A stretch of 55,564 nt of DNA, from assembly GCA_029572555.1 (NCBI GenBank), contig JAKPVM010000165.1, positions 1 to 55,564 on the forward strand, in the 5' to 3' direction. The notes under the pieces were generated by a model. It was given only the letters and a program-made list of their open reading frames with translations. It was not told the DNA's origin and made no database searches. The translations under genes were made by a program, and so were the position numbers. Shown one piece after another: positions 1-9,910 of this stretch (position 1 is the stretch's first letter; the number at the start of each line of letters is the position of its first letter). The stretch comes from Verrucomicrobiota bacterium (lineage in GTDB: Bacteria > Verrucomicrobiota > Verrucomicrobiia > Limisphaerales > JAKPVM01).

Positions 1-265
1 GGCGATTGACACCAAACGCCGCCCAGAGCAAATTTGAAAGCGTCTGCATCGGCAATGGTTTATCACTAACCGTTCGGTAAGATTTACGGTCTTGCACTGC
101 CGCAAGCAAAGTCTTGCCACCATCGTTCTCCGGCTTTGGTAGGACGATTGGCTGTAAGGTTTTCACATTTTGAGTTGTGTTACCCGTTTCTGCTGACAAC
201 GGCTTATTTAGACCAGCCACAACGCCAAGCGCCGGCGCAACCTTTAAAAATGTTCTGCGATTCAT
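1..265 (-). CDS. nitroreductase-family protein, N-terminal part with twin-arginine signal (partial, runs off the window start)
   Basis: Not in the ORF track. Reverse-strand ATG at 263-265. Translation is MNRRTFLKVAPALGVVAGLNKPLSAE...DRKSYRTVSDKPLPMQTLSNLLWAAFGVNR. It has a canonical Tat motif (RRxFLK) and an LLWAAxGxNR-type motif typical of nitroreductase-fold proteins. Confidence 0.5.
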   Translation of the reverse strand, partial: MNRRTFLKVAPALGVVAGLNKPLSAETGNTTQNVKTLQPIVLPKPENDGGKTLLAAVQDRKSYRTVSDKPLPMQTLSNLLWAAFGVNR

Positions 266-524
266 ATAATTCTCCTGTCTTAAACCTATTTTACTACTCT
301 GTTAGATGACTTTGCGCAAATAAATTAAATGAAGAATTTATAAAATTTAAGATGAGAGTAGCACAGGCATTCCTGCCTGTGTGAAAATGTGGTATCAGCA
401 TCCTTATTGCGCCAAACTTAAATGCGTACATTAACAATAACAAACAATTGCATTACTTTATAAAATATAATAGAGTTTCTTTTAGAAATCACATATCGCA
501 CAAAATAACATAAAAACTAACAGT

Positions 525-1004
525 ATGGACGAGACGGCATCAACCGATTCATCAGCGAGTAGTGATATACCACCACCGCAGCAACAGAAAAAGAAATCAA
601 ATTTTATCCCGGGAGATCCTCGCATTCCAATGCTCGTTCGTGTGTATGGTTCAATTATAGCCGCAATAAGCATCGAGATTATGATTCTTACTGGAATCCC
701 TTTTATTATTTCTATCCTTTTCAGTATTACTGACGATATGTCTATGTTTTTTACTTTATTATTATACGGAGTAGGAATATATGTATTTACATACGTTTTA
801 TACCGGATGGGCAAAGGTGTTTGCAACGGAGAGCGCAAAGCTATTTATGGCTTAACCTTTGTGGGTGGACTGACTTTGATTATTGCGCTTGAAATCATAA
901 TTGCAGGTTCTCCAATAGGTGGCATTATTTTATTCATTTTCGCCCTGGCTTTATGTTTCCCCCCAACTTGGGTTTCATTTCGACGCTGGGAATTGTTTAA
1001 ATAA
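525..1004 (+). CDS. hypothetical multi-pass membrane protein
   Basis: 159-aa ORF with a hydrophilic Ser/Asp/Gln-rich N-terminus followed by about four hydrophobic helices. The overlapping antisense ORF 482-838 looks like noise. Confidence 0.45.
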   Translation: MDETASTDSSASSDIPPPQQQKKKSNFIPGDPRIPMLVRVYGSIIAAISIEIMILTGIPFIISILFSITDDMSMFFTLLLYGVGIYVFTYVLYRMGKGVCNGERKAIYGLTFVGGLTLIIALEIIIAGSPIGGIILFIFALALCFPPTWVSFRRWELFK

Positions 1005-1141
1005 ATAGAAAGATGGCTATAAGAAGTGCTGATACTAAATCCTTTTTACCAATAATGCCAAATTGCAAAACCTGAATTGATAGAAAATTATAAAAATTGG
1101 CGTAACACTTATTTTTTCCTACTCCTTTTCTTCAAAAAAAG

Positions 1142-1217
<76 letters not shown>

Positions 1218-1349
1218 AGCGCAAACAATATAATTCGTTTTCCAAAACTGTTGCAAGAAATATTTAACAAAAATTAGATTTTTGGTTTCAATTAATTTGA
1301 AAAATGGTTTATTGAGTATTATTCTCTTTGATATTTGAGATTTTAAATT

Positions 1350-1946
1350 ATGGAACTTTTATTTATAGGATTTTTGATAATAACATCCATTGTTGGAATA
1401 GCGTTTATAATTGAACGTTCAATCGCATTAAGATGGAATAAAGTTTTGCCTCCTGCTGTGGTTTCGGCTGTGAATGCCTGTCGCAACAATGAAGATATTG
1501 GCATGCTTGAACGAGTTTGTGAGAGCAATCCTTCAAGCCTGAGCCGTTTAATTATTAAAGCAATTGAAAATTTAAAATGGCCTAAAGAAGAAAACGAGGA
1601 GGCTTTACAAACCCATGCCAGACAAGAAATCGTGAAACTTGAACGTGGTCTTGTCGTGCTTGAAATCGTGGTTGGCATAGCGCCGTTGCTCGGGCTTGTA
1701 GGAACAATTTTTGGTATGATGACGCTTTTTAGCGATCTCGGAAAAACAGGTATCCCCGATCCATCAGCGCTTGCTACCGGAATTGCTGTAATTTTAAATT
1801 CAACCTTGCTCGGTTTGCTAATCGCAATACCCTGCCTTATTGCGTGGAATTATTTTAACAATAAGGTTCAAGCAATGGTGGTGGAAATGGAAACAATATG
1901 CACTGAATTTTTACGCAGACAATATAATCTCATTGAGCAACCGTAA
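1350..1946 (+). CDS. exbB: MotA/TolQ/ExbB-family proton channel
   Basis: 198 aa, three TM segments, conserved C-terminal region APLLGLVGTIFGMM...LLGLLIAIP typical of ExbB/TolQ. An ExbD-like gene follows 2 nt downstream. Confidence 0.8.
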   Translation: MELLFIGFLIITSIVGIAFIIERSIALRWNKVLPPAVVSAVNACRNNEDIGMLERVCESNPSSLSRLIIKAIENLKWPKEENEEALQTHARQEIVKLERGLVVLEIVVGIAPLLGLVGTIFGMMTLFSDLGKTGIPDPSALATGIAVILNSTLLGLLIAIPCLIAWNYFNNKVQAMVVEMETICTEFLRRQYNLIEQP

Positions 1947-1948
1947 TT

Positions 1949-2374
1949 ATGCAATTTTATCATAAACGAAAACAATCTGCGCCTACGGTCATCATAGTTG
2001 CTCTAATTGATATCCTCATCGTGCTTCTAATATTTTTAATTGTAACAACAACATTTAAACAAAATCCAGCAGTCCAATTATCTCTTCCTGAATCGCGTCA
2101 AACAAAGGAAGGAGTTTCAGATAAAAATCCAAATATATTAATTATCGATATTGATAAAAAAAAGCCTTACTTTTATTTTGGCGGTGGCCCATTAGCATCA
2201 GAGCGGCTTGAAGAGGAATTAAAGAAGCGCGTTGAATCTGGCTCTGCCCAAAGTTTAGCAATTCGCGCCGATGCCCAAGCGCCATTTGAACAAATTATTA
2301 AGGTAATGGACATTGCTAAAGCGGTAAATATAACAAATGTCAGCGCATTTGTTAAAAAACCCGGGCAAAAATAA
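1949..2374 (+). CDS. exbD: ExbD/TolR-family biopolymer transport protein
   Basis: 141 aa with a single N-terminal TM (IIVALIDILIVLLIFLIV) and a periplasmic domain (LAIRADAQAPFEQIIKVMDIAK) typical of ExbD/TolR. Tightly coupled to the upstream ExbB-like gene. Confidence 0.8.
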   Translation: MQFYHKRKQSAPTVIIVALIDILIVLLIFLIVTTTFKQNPAVQLSLPESRQTKEGVSDKNPNILIIDIDKKKPYFYFGGGPLASERLEEELKKRVESGSAQSLAIRADAQAPFEQIIKVMDIAKAVNITNVSAFVKKPGQK

Positions 2375-2432
2375 AGTCTCCCCTCTCTCCTTGTAATACC
2401 TTCTATTTTCGGTTAATTTTAATTAGAAACAG

Positions 2433-4628
2433 ATGGAATCCCAGAATAATAAAACTAACTATCAAAACTCTCAATGTGGATTGAAGCCAGACGGCTGGGC
2501 TGGGAAGAATCGTTTCAGGCTTAAGAAGTTAATCGGCATAGGGGGAATGAGCGAAGTCTGGTTCGCTTATGACACCAGACTAAAAGAATTCGTTGCGTTA
2601 AAATTTTTGCTTCCGCATTTAGCCGGCAATATTGAAGGTTTCACAAGATTAAGAATAGAAACGCACCGTAGCAGAAAACTTTCACATCCAAATATTGTTC
2701 GAATTTATGACCTTTATGAGGAAGAAGATGAAATCCCATTCATTGCAATGGAATATGTTAACGGAGCAAACCTGCACCAATTAAGGTTAATCCATCCAAA
2801 CAGCGTGTTAAAGTGGAACTTCTTAAGCCCGCTTGTTCGACAACTTATTTCGGCAATTAAATACGCTCATAGTGAAAATGTAATTCACAGGGACATAAAA
2901 CCTTCTAACATACTTTTAGATAATGAGAAAAGACTAAAACTCGCTGATTTTGGAATTGCAAGAATCGTTCAGCACAAACAATCTAACCACCCCAGCGTTG
3001 GATTTGGTGGTGGAACGCTTGATTTCATTAGTCCACAGCAAGCGCAAGGAATGTCAGCAACTTATGCAGATGACATTTATTCAATTGGCGCAACCTTATA
3101 TGAATTGCTAACAGGAACCCCACCATTCTATAAAGGCGATATTGAATATCAGATTAAAAACACAAGACCACAGCTTTTATCTGAACGGCTTCTTGAATTT
3201 GGCATAGACAATCCAATCCCGCCATCGGTCGAAAGTTTTATACAAAAATGCCTTGTAAAAGAACCTGAAAACCGCCCTTTTGTTTATAAAGAAATATTTC
3301 AATACCTTGACAGGGCAGATGAAGAATTTTCAAAAATAGAAGAAAAAAATCCATCATTAGTATCAACTCCTGACATCACTTACAATTTTATAATTCCTGA
3401 ACCCACAGAACAAACACAAGAAAATGTCCCTATTGAAGAAGAGAAACGAATAACAACATCTGATTTAGTAAAATTTGGTATTTTCTTTCTGCTAATTGGT
3501 TTTGCAAGTGGTATAATTTTTATGGCGTTAAAAAATAAAACTTCACATCCTAAATCCATTTCAGAAGTTACAACTCGCAACCAGCAATTAAATGGTTCAC
3601 CAATGATTAAATCTAACGAAATTTCAAAAATAGAAACAGTGGAATCAAAACCAGTGGCAACCAATAAATCCTTGATAGCACCCATCGACCAGAAGCCTCA
3701 AACCAAACAATACTCAACAGAAACTATAAACGATTCAAACGGAAAACTTTTACGGCAATTCGCTAAGGGATTAAACTCGGCTGTTTGCACCCCCGATGAA
3801 TTATGGACGTTTGTTGCGGATACAAATGGATTGTTGCGGATGATTGATTTACGCAATGGAAATGTAGTATGGGAAGAAAAAATTGTAAATGGAACTGTCG
3901 GTGCTTTAGCTATCTCAATCAATGGACGCCAGTTTTTAACGGGAGATTCCACTGGAACGGTTACATTATGGAATGTTAGTGGAAAAGAAAAACTGATTGG
4001 TTCATCGGGACATAAAGCCGAAATCATTACTGCTGCTTTTTCTCCGTTGCGCTATGCAGCAACCGCAGATTCAAACGGTACGATAAAACTGTGGGATATC
4101 TTTTCTGGAAGGTCTCTAACTGAAATCAAAACGAAAAACGGCGCAATTGTTTCCCTGTTATTTTTACCACATACCCCGACACTCATCACCGGCAGTGAAA
4201 CCGGGGTCATCGGTGTTTATTCAATCCCTTCCGGCAAAATTGAAAAAATGACACAAGCACATAGGGGCAGGATAATCGGTATTTGTCATAATAGCGAAAA
4301 TAACTGCCTGATTACATCCGACACAGAAAATATAATAAAGGTCTGGGAGGTAAACAGCTTGAAAGAATTGAAACAATTTAAACATAGAACCCCACTAAGA
4401 GAAAAATTCACTCTCATGGAACTTTGTCCGGATAAAAAGACCATCGCAATCGTAACTTCATCAAATTATGCCTATCTTTTTGACGCATCTACCCTTGAAC
4501 TTATAAAAAAGGCAAATTTGAATATTCATAGCAATAGGATAACAGATGGATGCTGGCTTACAAAGAGTTCACAATTTTTAACAATTGGAATCGATGGCTC
4601 AATTTGTATATGGGATTTTAACAGATAA
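2433..4628 (+). CDS. membrane-anchored Ser/Thr protein kinase with C-terminal WD40 beta-propeller
   Basis: Hanks kinase motifs are present (VALKFL, HRDIKPSNILL, DFGIAR, SPQQ). There is a central TM (FGIFFLLIGFASGIIFMAL). The C-terminal repeats end in WD-like dipeptides (TLWNV, KLWDI, KVWEV, CIWDF). Confidence 0.85.
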   Translation: MESQNNKTNYQNSQCGLKPDGWAGKNRFRLKKLIGIGGMSEVWFAYDTRLKEFVALKFLLPHLAGNIEGFTRLRIETHRSRKLSHPNIVRIYDLYEEEDEIPFIAMEYVNGANLHQLRLIHPNSVLKWNFLSPLVRQLISAIKYAHSENVIHRDIKPSNILLDNEKRLKLADFGIARIVQHKQSNHPSVGFGGGTLDFISPQQAQGMSATYADDIYSIGATLYELLTGTPPFYKGDIEYQIKNTRPQLLSERLLEFGIDNPIPPSVESFIQKCLVKEPENRPFVYKEIFQYLDRADEEFSKIEEKNPSLVSTPDITYNFIIPEPTEQTQENVPIEEEKRITTSDLVKFGIFFLLIGFASGIIFMALKNKTSHPKSISEVTTRNQQLNGSPMIKSNEISKIETVESKPVATNKSLIAPIDQKPQTKQYSTETINDSNGKLLRQFAKGLNSAVCTPDELWTFVADTNGLLRMIDLRNGNVVWEEKIVNGTVGALAISINGRQFLTGDSTGTVTLWNVSGKEKLIGSSGHKAEIITAAFSPLRYAATADSNGTIKLWDIFSGRSLTEIKTKNGAIVSLLFLPHTPTLITGSETGVIGVYSIPSGKIEKMTQAHRGRIIGICHNSENNCLITSDTENIIKVWEVNSLKELKQFKHRTPLREKFTLMELCPDKKTIAIVTSSNYAYLFDASTLELIKKANLNIHSNRITDGCWLTKSSQFLTIGIDGSICIWDFNR

Positions 4629-4722
4629 TTAATCCACGATACTCCTAACCTTCAGAAGCAAAAACGAATACTTTCAGAGCTAAGATACTGTCGGTTGTGT
4701 AAACCGGTTTGAATAAATTAAA

Positions 4723-6057
4723 TCACCTTTGTCCTGGTGGTGGAGTATGAAATGGCATCGGCGGTGGAGGAGGTGGAAAAAAGGGAAACGTCGGAGTGGA
4801 GACCGTATTTGTAGTTTGTTCTTGTGGTTGTTCTTTCGGTTCCGACGGTGTTAATAGCCGTTCAAACATATTCACATAATCTATATCGTATTGAACATAA
4901 GCATCATAAACATCGTTGCCCATCAAATTTCGTAAGGTTTTTTCTGTTTCCGTCATTAATGCAACAACAATATTACTTCGTTGCTGATAACTTAAAGAAT
5001 CGTCCAGTCCAATTCCATTGAGTTCGGTTTTCAAAGCCTGTTTGTAATCATAGACCTTTTGTATTGTCTCATCCGGCATATTAAAACGTTCTTTAAACGA
5101 GATTAAATATTCATAATCCAATGATTGGCTCATTTCATATTTTTTATAACGTTCATCGCCGAGTATCCTTTTTAGTTGTTCTTCATATTCGTAAAATGCT
5201 ACCTCTATATCGGAATCATTTTCTAAATTATCGATCTTTTCGTCAAAGGCAACACTTGCTTGATAAATTTGCCTAAAATCAGATTCTGTTATATCCAATA
5301 TTCCAAAAGAACCCCGCAATTCCCTCGCCTTATCCGAATTTCTTATATTAAATTCATTCAACTCGTCGGGTGATAAAATAGCAGCCAAAGCCTTGTTTTT
5401 ATCCTCCTCAATCTGTTTTAATTCTTGTTCGTCTTTACGAGTGTAAATCCCTTTGCACCGTTGAACAAATGCGATATTTTTACTTCTATAATCTTCAATA
5501 ATCTGTTTTACCTGTTTTTGTTTTTCTAAAGATAGAAAATCAAGATACACATCCGGCTCTGGGATTTCCTTTGACACCAATTTCTCCACTTCTGCATCAT
5601 AATCGACGCCGAGCAAATCCTTCACCAATGCCTTCTTTTCAAGTTCTAATCTGTCAATCTGCTCCATCACACTGCGGTCATATCCCTTTTTCCAATATTT
5701 AGGAGGATTGGCAGCGAGTATAGCCTCTACTTTTGTTTTATAAAGGCGCGCAACATCCGTTATTATTATATCTCTAATGACGCTCTCTGGACATCCAAAT
5801 GCCCGCAAATTTGATATATATTTCGGGTACTCGGTTGCTTCAATATCCTGCCAGCGACGAAAAAGCGAGAACAGATTGGTCGGAATTTCTGGATTTCTAA
5901 TTACGACGCGTTTAACGGTATTGGTTATATATTTTGTAAGAACCTCACCTTCTTTGTTCTCTTTTTCGTTCTTGTATAAATGCCATAGATAACCAGCCAT
6001 TGCTAAAATCGCAATGTTCAATGAACACAAAAAGGTTATCAGCCTTCTATTCTGCAT
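4723..6057 (-). CDS. hypothetical membrane-anchored helical protein with proline-rich C-terminus
   Basis: 444-aa ORF with an N-terminal TM (ITFLCSLNIAILAMAGYLW), a long charged helical region and a terminal FPFFPPPPPPMPFHTPPPGQR. No recognisable catalytic motif. Confidence 0.5.
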   Translation of the reverse strand: MQNRRLITFLCSLNIAILAMAGYLWHLYKNEKENKEGEVLTKYITNTVKRVVIRNPEIPTNLFSLFRRWQDIEATEYPKYISNLRAFGCPESVIRDIIITDVARLYKTKVEAILAANPPKYWKKGYDRSVMEQIDRLELEKKALVKDLLGVDYDAEVEKLVSKEIPEPDVYLDFLSLEKQKQVKQIIEDYRSKNIAFVQRCKGIYTRKDEQELKQIEEDKNKALAAILSPDELNEFNIRNSDKARELRGSFGILDITESDFRQIYQASVAFDEKIDNLENDSDIEVAFYEYEEQLKRILGDERYKKYEMSQSLDYEYLISFKERFNMPDETIQKVYDYKQALKTELNGIGLDDSLSYQQRSNIVVALMTETEKTLRNLMGNDVYDAYVQYDIDYVNMFERLLTPSEPKEQPQEQTTNTVSTPTFPFFPPPPPPMPFHTPPPGQR

Positions 6058-6106
6058 ACGTTTAATATAAAGTTTGTAGCCAATTAATACAAACCAAAAG
6101 AAAGCG

Positions 6107-6143
6107 ATAAAAAAATTAGCCCGAACGTTTTTGTTCAGGCTAA
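6107..6143 (-). terminator. Rho-independent terminator downstream of the ThuA-like gene
   Basis: Minus strand reads TTAGCCTGAAC-AAAAAC-GTTCGGGCTAA followed by TTTTTTTATCG. The stem-loop is at 6116-6143 and the U-run at 6109-6115. Confidence 0.6.
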
Positions 6144-6169
6144 TTTACTACGAAATTTTTCTATTTAGA

Positions 6170-6916
6170 TTAATCAACCGTACCGCGAGCCGCCCATTCA
6201 GTCCCGCGCACAATCAATTTTCTTACAGTGGCGTTACTCAATGCCTTTCCATCATGTCCAAATGTATGATGGAACACCTTGCCGTTTCCATATTGTAAAA
6301 TGAAAGCAAGTGGTTCGGTCTTCTTGCTCCAGTCTGAATCAGCTGTAACAAGAATTGTAATTGGATCATTTCCCTCTAACTTGGCATAAAGTTCATCGTC
6401 TTGTTCAAAATCATCTAATCCTTTTGTTATGGGGTGCTCTTTATTTGCAATTTTCGCCTTAAATACGCTTCTTGGACCGTGTCCAGATTTTCCCATTACC
6501 CAGTATCTGCCACAAATCTTTTTAAATTCATCCCATTCCTTAAATGATGCGCTGGAAAGGTGGCTTACAACAAAACCTTTCCCTCCGCGAATATAGGCAA
6601 CAAGATTATTTTTGGCAATGTCGCTTAATGTCGGCAAGGTTGCATTATACATTGCAAGGTAAATGACATCATAAGCCTTTAAAGCATTTGCCGATTCAAG
6701 TATACACGGGTCTTCGCTAACTCGCACATCAAACTTGCCACTCTCGGTGAGAATATCGCGAGTAACAGTAGAAACCTCTCTCCAAGGATGTACTGCCACA
6801 TCATCGCCAGTTACTATAAGAACCTTAATCTTCTTAGCTTCTGCGGCGTTTCCTATAAATGTGCAGCAAACTAAACCCGCAGCTACGACACACAATATTT
6901 TTTTTATGATTTTCAT
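6170..6916 (-). CDS. ThuA-like (trehalose-utilisation/class I glutamine amidotransferase-like fold) secreted protein
   Basis: 248 aa with a signal peptide. KIKVLIVTGDD...HPW, GGKGFVVSH and DELY motifs are as in ThuA-domain proteins. Confidence 0.6.
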   Translation of the reverse strand: MKIIKKILCVVAAGLVCCTFIGNAAEAKKIKVLIVTGDDVAVHPWREVSTVTRDILTESGKFDVRVSEDPCILESANALKAYDVIYLAMYNATLPTLSDIAKNNLVAYIRGGKGFVVSHLSSASFKEWDEFKKICGRYWVMGKSGHGPRSVFKAKIANKEHPITKGLDDFEQDDELYAKLEGNDPITILVTADSDWSKKTEPLAFILQYGNGKVFHHTFGHDGKALSNATVRKLIVRGTEWAARGTVD

Positions 6917-7059
6917 AATAAGTTCCTAATTGCCTAATTTTGAACTACCCTACTTATTTTTCTTAAATAAATCAATACATAATTGATTACTTTTTCAAAC
7001 CACACAATAAACGTTATTACATTATTGATTACAAATTCTGTAACAATTTAAAAATTAGT

Positions 7060-7091
7060 ATAAAAATAAAACGACCGGGATTTTCCCGGTC
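7060..7091 (-). terminator. Rho-independent terminator downstream of the peroxiredoxin gene
   Basis: Minus strand reads GACCGGGA-AAA-TCCCGGTC (7073-7091) followed by GTTTTATTTTTAT. Confidence 0.7.
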
Positions 7092-7112
7092 GCCTTATAT
7101 TGAAACAGGCTT

Positions 7113-7724
7113 TTAACCTTTCAAGGCTTCATAAACTTTGCCTACTACCGCCTCGCTCGGTTTAATTGTCTTTGCGCCTTTTTTCCATTTTGCCGGGCAA
7201 ACTTCATCAGGATGACCCGCAAGATAAACATTCGCTTCCATCTTGCGCAAAAGTTCATCCGCATTGCGACCAACGTTATAAAAATTCACTTCCGAAGAAA
7301 CCAACTTACCTTGCGGATTGATTACAAAAGTCCCCCTGAGTGCAAGACCGCTGCAACAATCATAAACGCCAAACAACATACTAACCTTTCCGGTCGTGTC
7401 TGCGCCCATAGGAAAGTTCACCTTTTCAAGCAACTTCTCCGAGTCTCGCCACGCAAGATGAGAATAATTAGTATCAGTCGAAACCGAAATAACCTCTACA
7501 CCCATCTTCTTCAACTGTTCGTATTTCTCAGCAAGGTCTGCGAGTTCTGTTGGGCAAACAAATGAGAAATCCGCCGGATAAAAGAAAAGGATCGTCCATT
7601 TACCCTGTTTTTTAAGTTCCTCAAGAGAGATTTTTCCAAACTTCCGTTCTTGTGGATTATAAATGTCTAACTCAAAATTCGGCACCTCACTGCCGACCGT
7701 TACAACTTTATCTTCGCAGCACAT
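7113..7724 (-). CDS. ahpC: typical 2-Cys peroxiredoxin (AhpC/TSA family)
   Basis: 203 aa with the peroxidatic motif DFSFVCPTE and the resolving-Cys motif EVCPAKW near the C-terminus. Confidence 0.9.
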   Translation of the reverse strand: MCCEDKVVTVGSEVPNFELDIYNPQERKFGKISLEELKKQGKWTILFFYPADFSFVCPTELADLAEKYEQLKKMGVEVISVSTDTNYSHLAWRDSEKLLEKVNFPMGADTTGKVSMLFGVYDCCSGLALRGTFVINPQGKLVSSEVNFYNVGRNADELLRKMEANVYLAGHPDEVCPAKWKKGAKTIKPSEAVVGKVYEALKG

Positions 7725-7997
7725 AGTTTCTATCTTTCCTTATTTCTGTTCTTTATTAATGCTGGGAACCTGGCTACGTTTCCTCGCCCAATGCAAGGGA
7801 CCAAATTACCACCAGCACATATAAGAAACACCATTTTTTAGATAAGTCAAATTTAGTTATATATTAATATATTTAATATTGACTATATAAATATCTTAAA
7901 TCAACCTCCAATAATTAGAATCGCTATCCGACTGATGTATATTTATTAATAAGAATTATTCTATCAAAAGATTGTATTGGTACTTGTGAATGTTCGT

Positions 7998-9026
7998 TTA
8001 GTTAATCGCCTGTTTCAAAATCGTAAATGCTGTTGGCAATACTGGTTGCAAACAACCAAAATTTTTATGAAAACAATTAATCAAAGAGACTGTTTTAGCA
8101 TTTAAACACTGGTGATAAAGACGAATTAATTCATAACTTACTACACGTTCGTCTACCTTGTCATAAGATTTGTTACACACGCCACTAATAATCTCGCAAA
8201 AAATTATTGATGCCTGTCGACGCGCACTTTCAGGTAACCGTTCAAAACATTCTATTGCCTCTTCAACGTGCCCGTTTAACAACAAGGCATCAGCCCGATA
8301 TTCAATTAATTCTGGATTATCAGGACAAAACTTTAAAGCCTCCTGCGTCCAGTCAAGTGCGAACTCTGTTAATTTACGATTATTCAGTGCTATCCTTGCA
8401 CCAAGTTGCCAAACAGCAGGATTTGAAGGATTTTGAGGGATAATCTTATTCAAGAATTCCAAAGCCTTAACAAGATTGCACTGTCCCGCAAGAAATCTTG
8501 CATAGTCGTAATTAAATTTATAAGAATCCGGATTTTCTTTGATGGCTTTGTTGAATTCGCGTTCCGCCTCTTTCACCCTATTAAGCACGGCATAAGATAC
8601 GGCAAGTAAGTAATGCGGTTCGCCCTGATAAATTTCTTGCAAAGGATGTGAGTTGGTCTGTTCTTTAAGTTTATTAATACATAGTTTCAACTCAACTACA
8701 GATTCATTTATCTTTTTAAGTTTATAATATGAAATACCCAACAAGTAATGTTGAGACGCATTCAATCCACCATATTTATTGGCAAACTTCGATGTTAATA
8801 CACAAGTAATTTCACTATATTTCTGTTTTGAAAATAAAATGGCACTGTACTGAGTGAGCAATGTTTCGCGCATTTCAGCCGTAACTGATTCGCCTGGCAT
8901 TTTACTCAATATATCAAAAGCCTTTGCGTAATTGGTTAACCCTTCGTCAATCTTACCAGAACGACAGAGTTCAAGTCCTAAATTCATCAAGATATTAGGA
9001 TCTTTCGGTTGTTCATTCACATCCAT
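7998..9026 (-). CDS. TPR-repeat protein
   Basis: 342 aa. Repeated 34-residue helical-pair patterns (A/G/Y/L spacing, e.g. LGISYYKLKKINESV, AVSYAVLNRVKEAEREFNKAIKENPD). Confidence 0.65.
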   Translation of the reverse strand: MDVNEQPKDPNILMNLGLELCRSGKIDEGLTNYAKAFDILSKMPGESVTAEMRETLLTQYSAILFSKQKYSEITCVLTSKFANKYGGLNASQHYLLGISYYKLKKINESVVELKLCINKLKEQTNSHPLQEIYQGEPHYLLAVSYAVLNRVKEAEREFNKAIKENPDSYKFNYDYARFLAGQCNLVKALEFLNKIIPQNPSNPAVWQLGARIALNNRKLTEFALDWTQEALKFCPDNPELIEYRADALLLNGHVEEAIECFERLPESARRQASIIFCEIISGVCNKSYDKVDERVVSYELIRLYHQCLNAKTVSLINCFHKNFGCLQPVLPTAFTILKQAIN

Positions 9027-9065
9027 TGTTCATAAAATTATGTTGGTTTTGGTATGCAATGTGGT

Positions 9066-9818
9066 CTACATAGTAGCTTCAAAATTTTTTACCGCAAAAT
9101 TCCAGTTGATTAACTTATCTAATGTTGCAGCAATAAAATCTGCTCTGCGATTTTGATAATCAAGATAGTAAGCGTGTTCCCATACATCCATCGTAAGCAA
9201 TGGTTTCATTCCACTTACGAAAGGAACTTCCGCATTGCTTGTTTTTACGACCTTTAAGACTTTACCATCAACCACAAGCCATACCCATCCGCTACCAAAT
9301 AGTGTCGTTGCGGCTGATACAATTTGTTTTTTACATTCATCAAAACTGCCAAAGGAAGATTCAATTTTTTCCAGCAAGCTCTTCGGAGGTTCACCGCCAC
9401 CGTTCGGGTTCATACTTCTCCAATAAAATGTATGGTTCCATGTCTGGGCTGCATTGTTAAAGATGGCTGCCTTATCCGTCTGCCCTGATGTCTTCTGGAT
9501 AATGAGTTCAAGGGTCATATCAGCAAATTCCGTCCCAGAAATTAATTTGTTCAGATTATCTAAATAACCTTTGTGATGTTTTCCATAATGAACACTCACA
9601 GTTTTAGCTGATATGATTGGTTCCAACGCATTTTCCGGATAAGGCAGAGATGGTATTGTAAGAATCTCTGCGCCTTTTAATATAGACGGCGATGTGCCAG
9701 CGGCAAGTATCAACATTGCTCCACCCGAAGATGCAATAAAATTACGACGGTTCATACCTTTTGCATTTGAACTATTTGCTTTCATATCAATATTTCTTTT
9801 TATCATTAGATAGGTCAA
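9066..9818 (-). CDS. sodB: Fe/Mn superoxide dismutase with N-terminal twin-arginine signal
   Basis: Contains LPYPENALEP...HYGKHHKGY...QTWNHTFYW...DVWEHAYYLDYQNRR. It is preceded by MKANSSNAKGMNRRNFIASSGGAMLILAAG (a Tat-like RRNFI plus an h-region). The true start may be the ATG at 9785 rather than 9818. Confidence 0.9.
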   Translation of the reverse strand: MTYLMIKRNIDMKANSSNAKGMNRRNFIASSGGAMLILAAGTSPSILKGAEILTIPSLPYPENALEPIISAKTVSVHYGKHHKGYLDNLNKLISGTEFADMTLELIIQKTSGQTDKAAIFNNAAQTWNHTFYWRSMNPNGGGEPPKSLLEKIESSFGSFDECKKQIVSAATTLFGSGWVWLVVDGKVLKVVKTSNAEVPFVSGMKPLLTMDVWEHAYYLDYQNRRADFIAATLDKLINWNFAVKNFEATM

Positions 9819-9910
9819 AATGCATTAATATTCAAATTTGTCAAAAGACAATCTCTTTGTTATTATTAGTTATACTATATAAATAGTTTGATGTCTGATA
9901 TTAAAATTTT

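Noticed and set aside
361-383. An 8-bp hairpin, CACAGGCA-TTCC-TGCCTGTG, in the first intergenic region.
   Set aside because: No U-run follows it on either strand and it does not recur elsewhere. That is insufficient to call a terminator or regulatory element.
482-838. A 118-aa minus-strand ORF overlapping the 525-1004 membrane protein.
   Set aside because: The composition (Pro/Tyr/Ile/Asn runs) looks non-protein-like. The plus-strand ORF has coherent TM helices, and only one of the two can be real.
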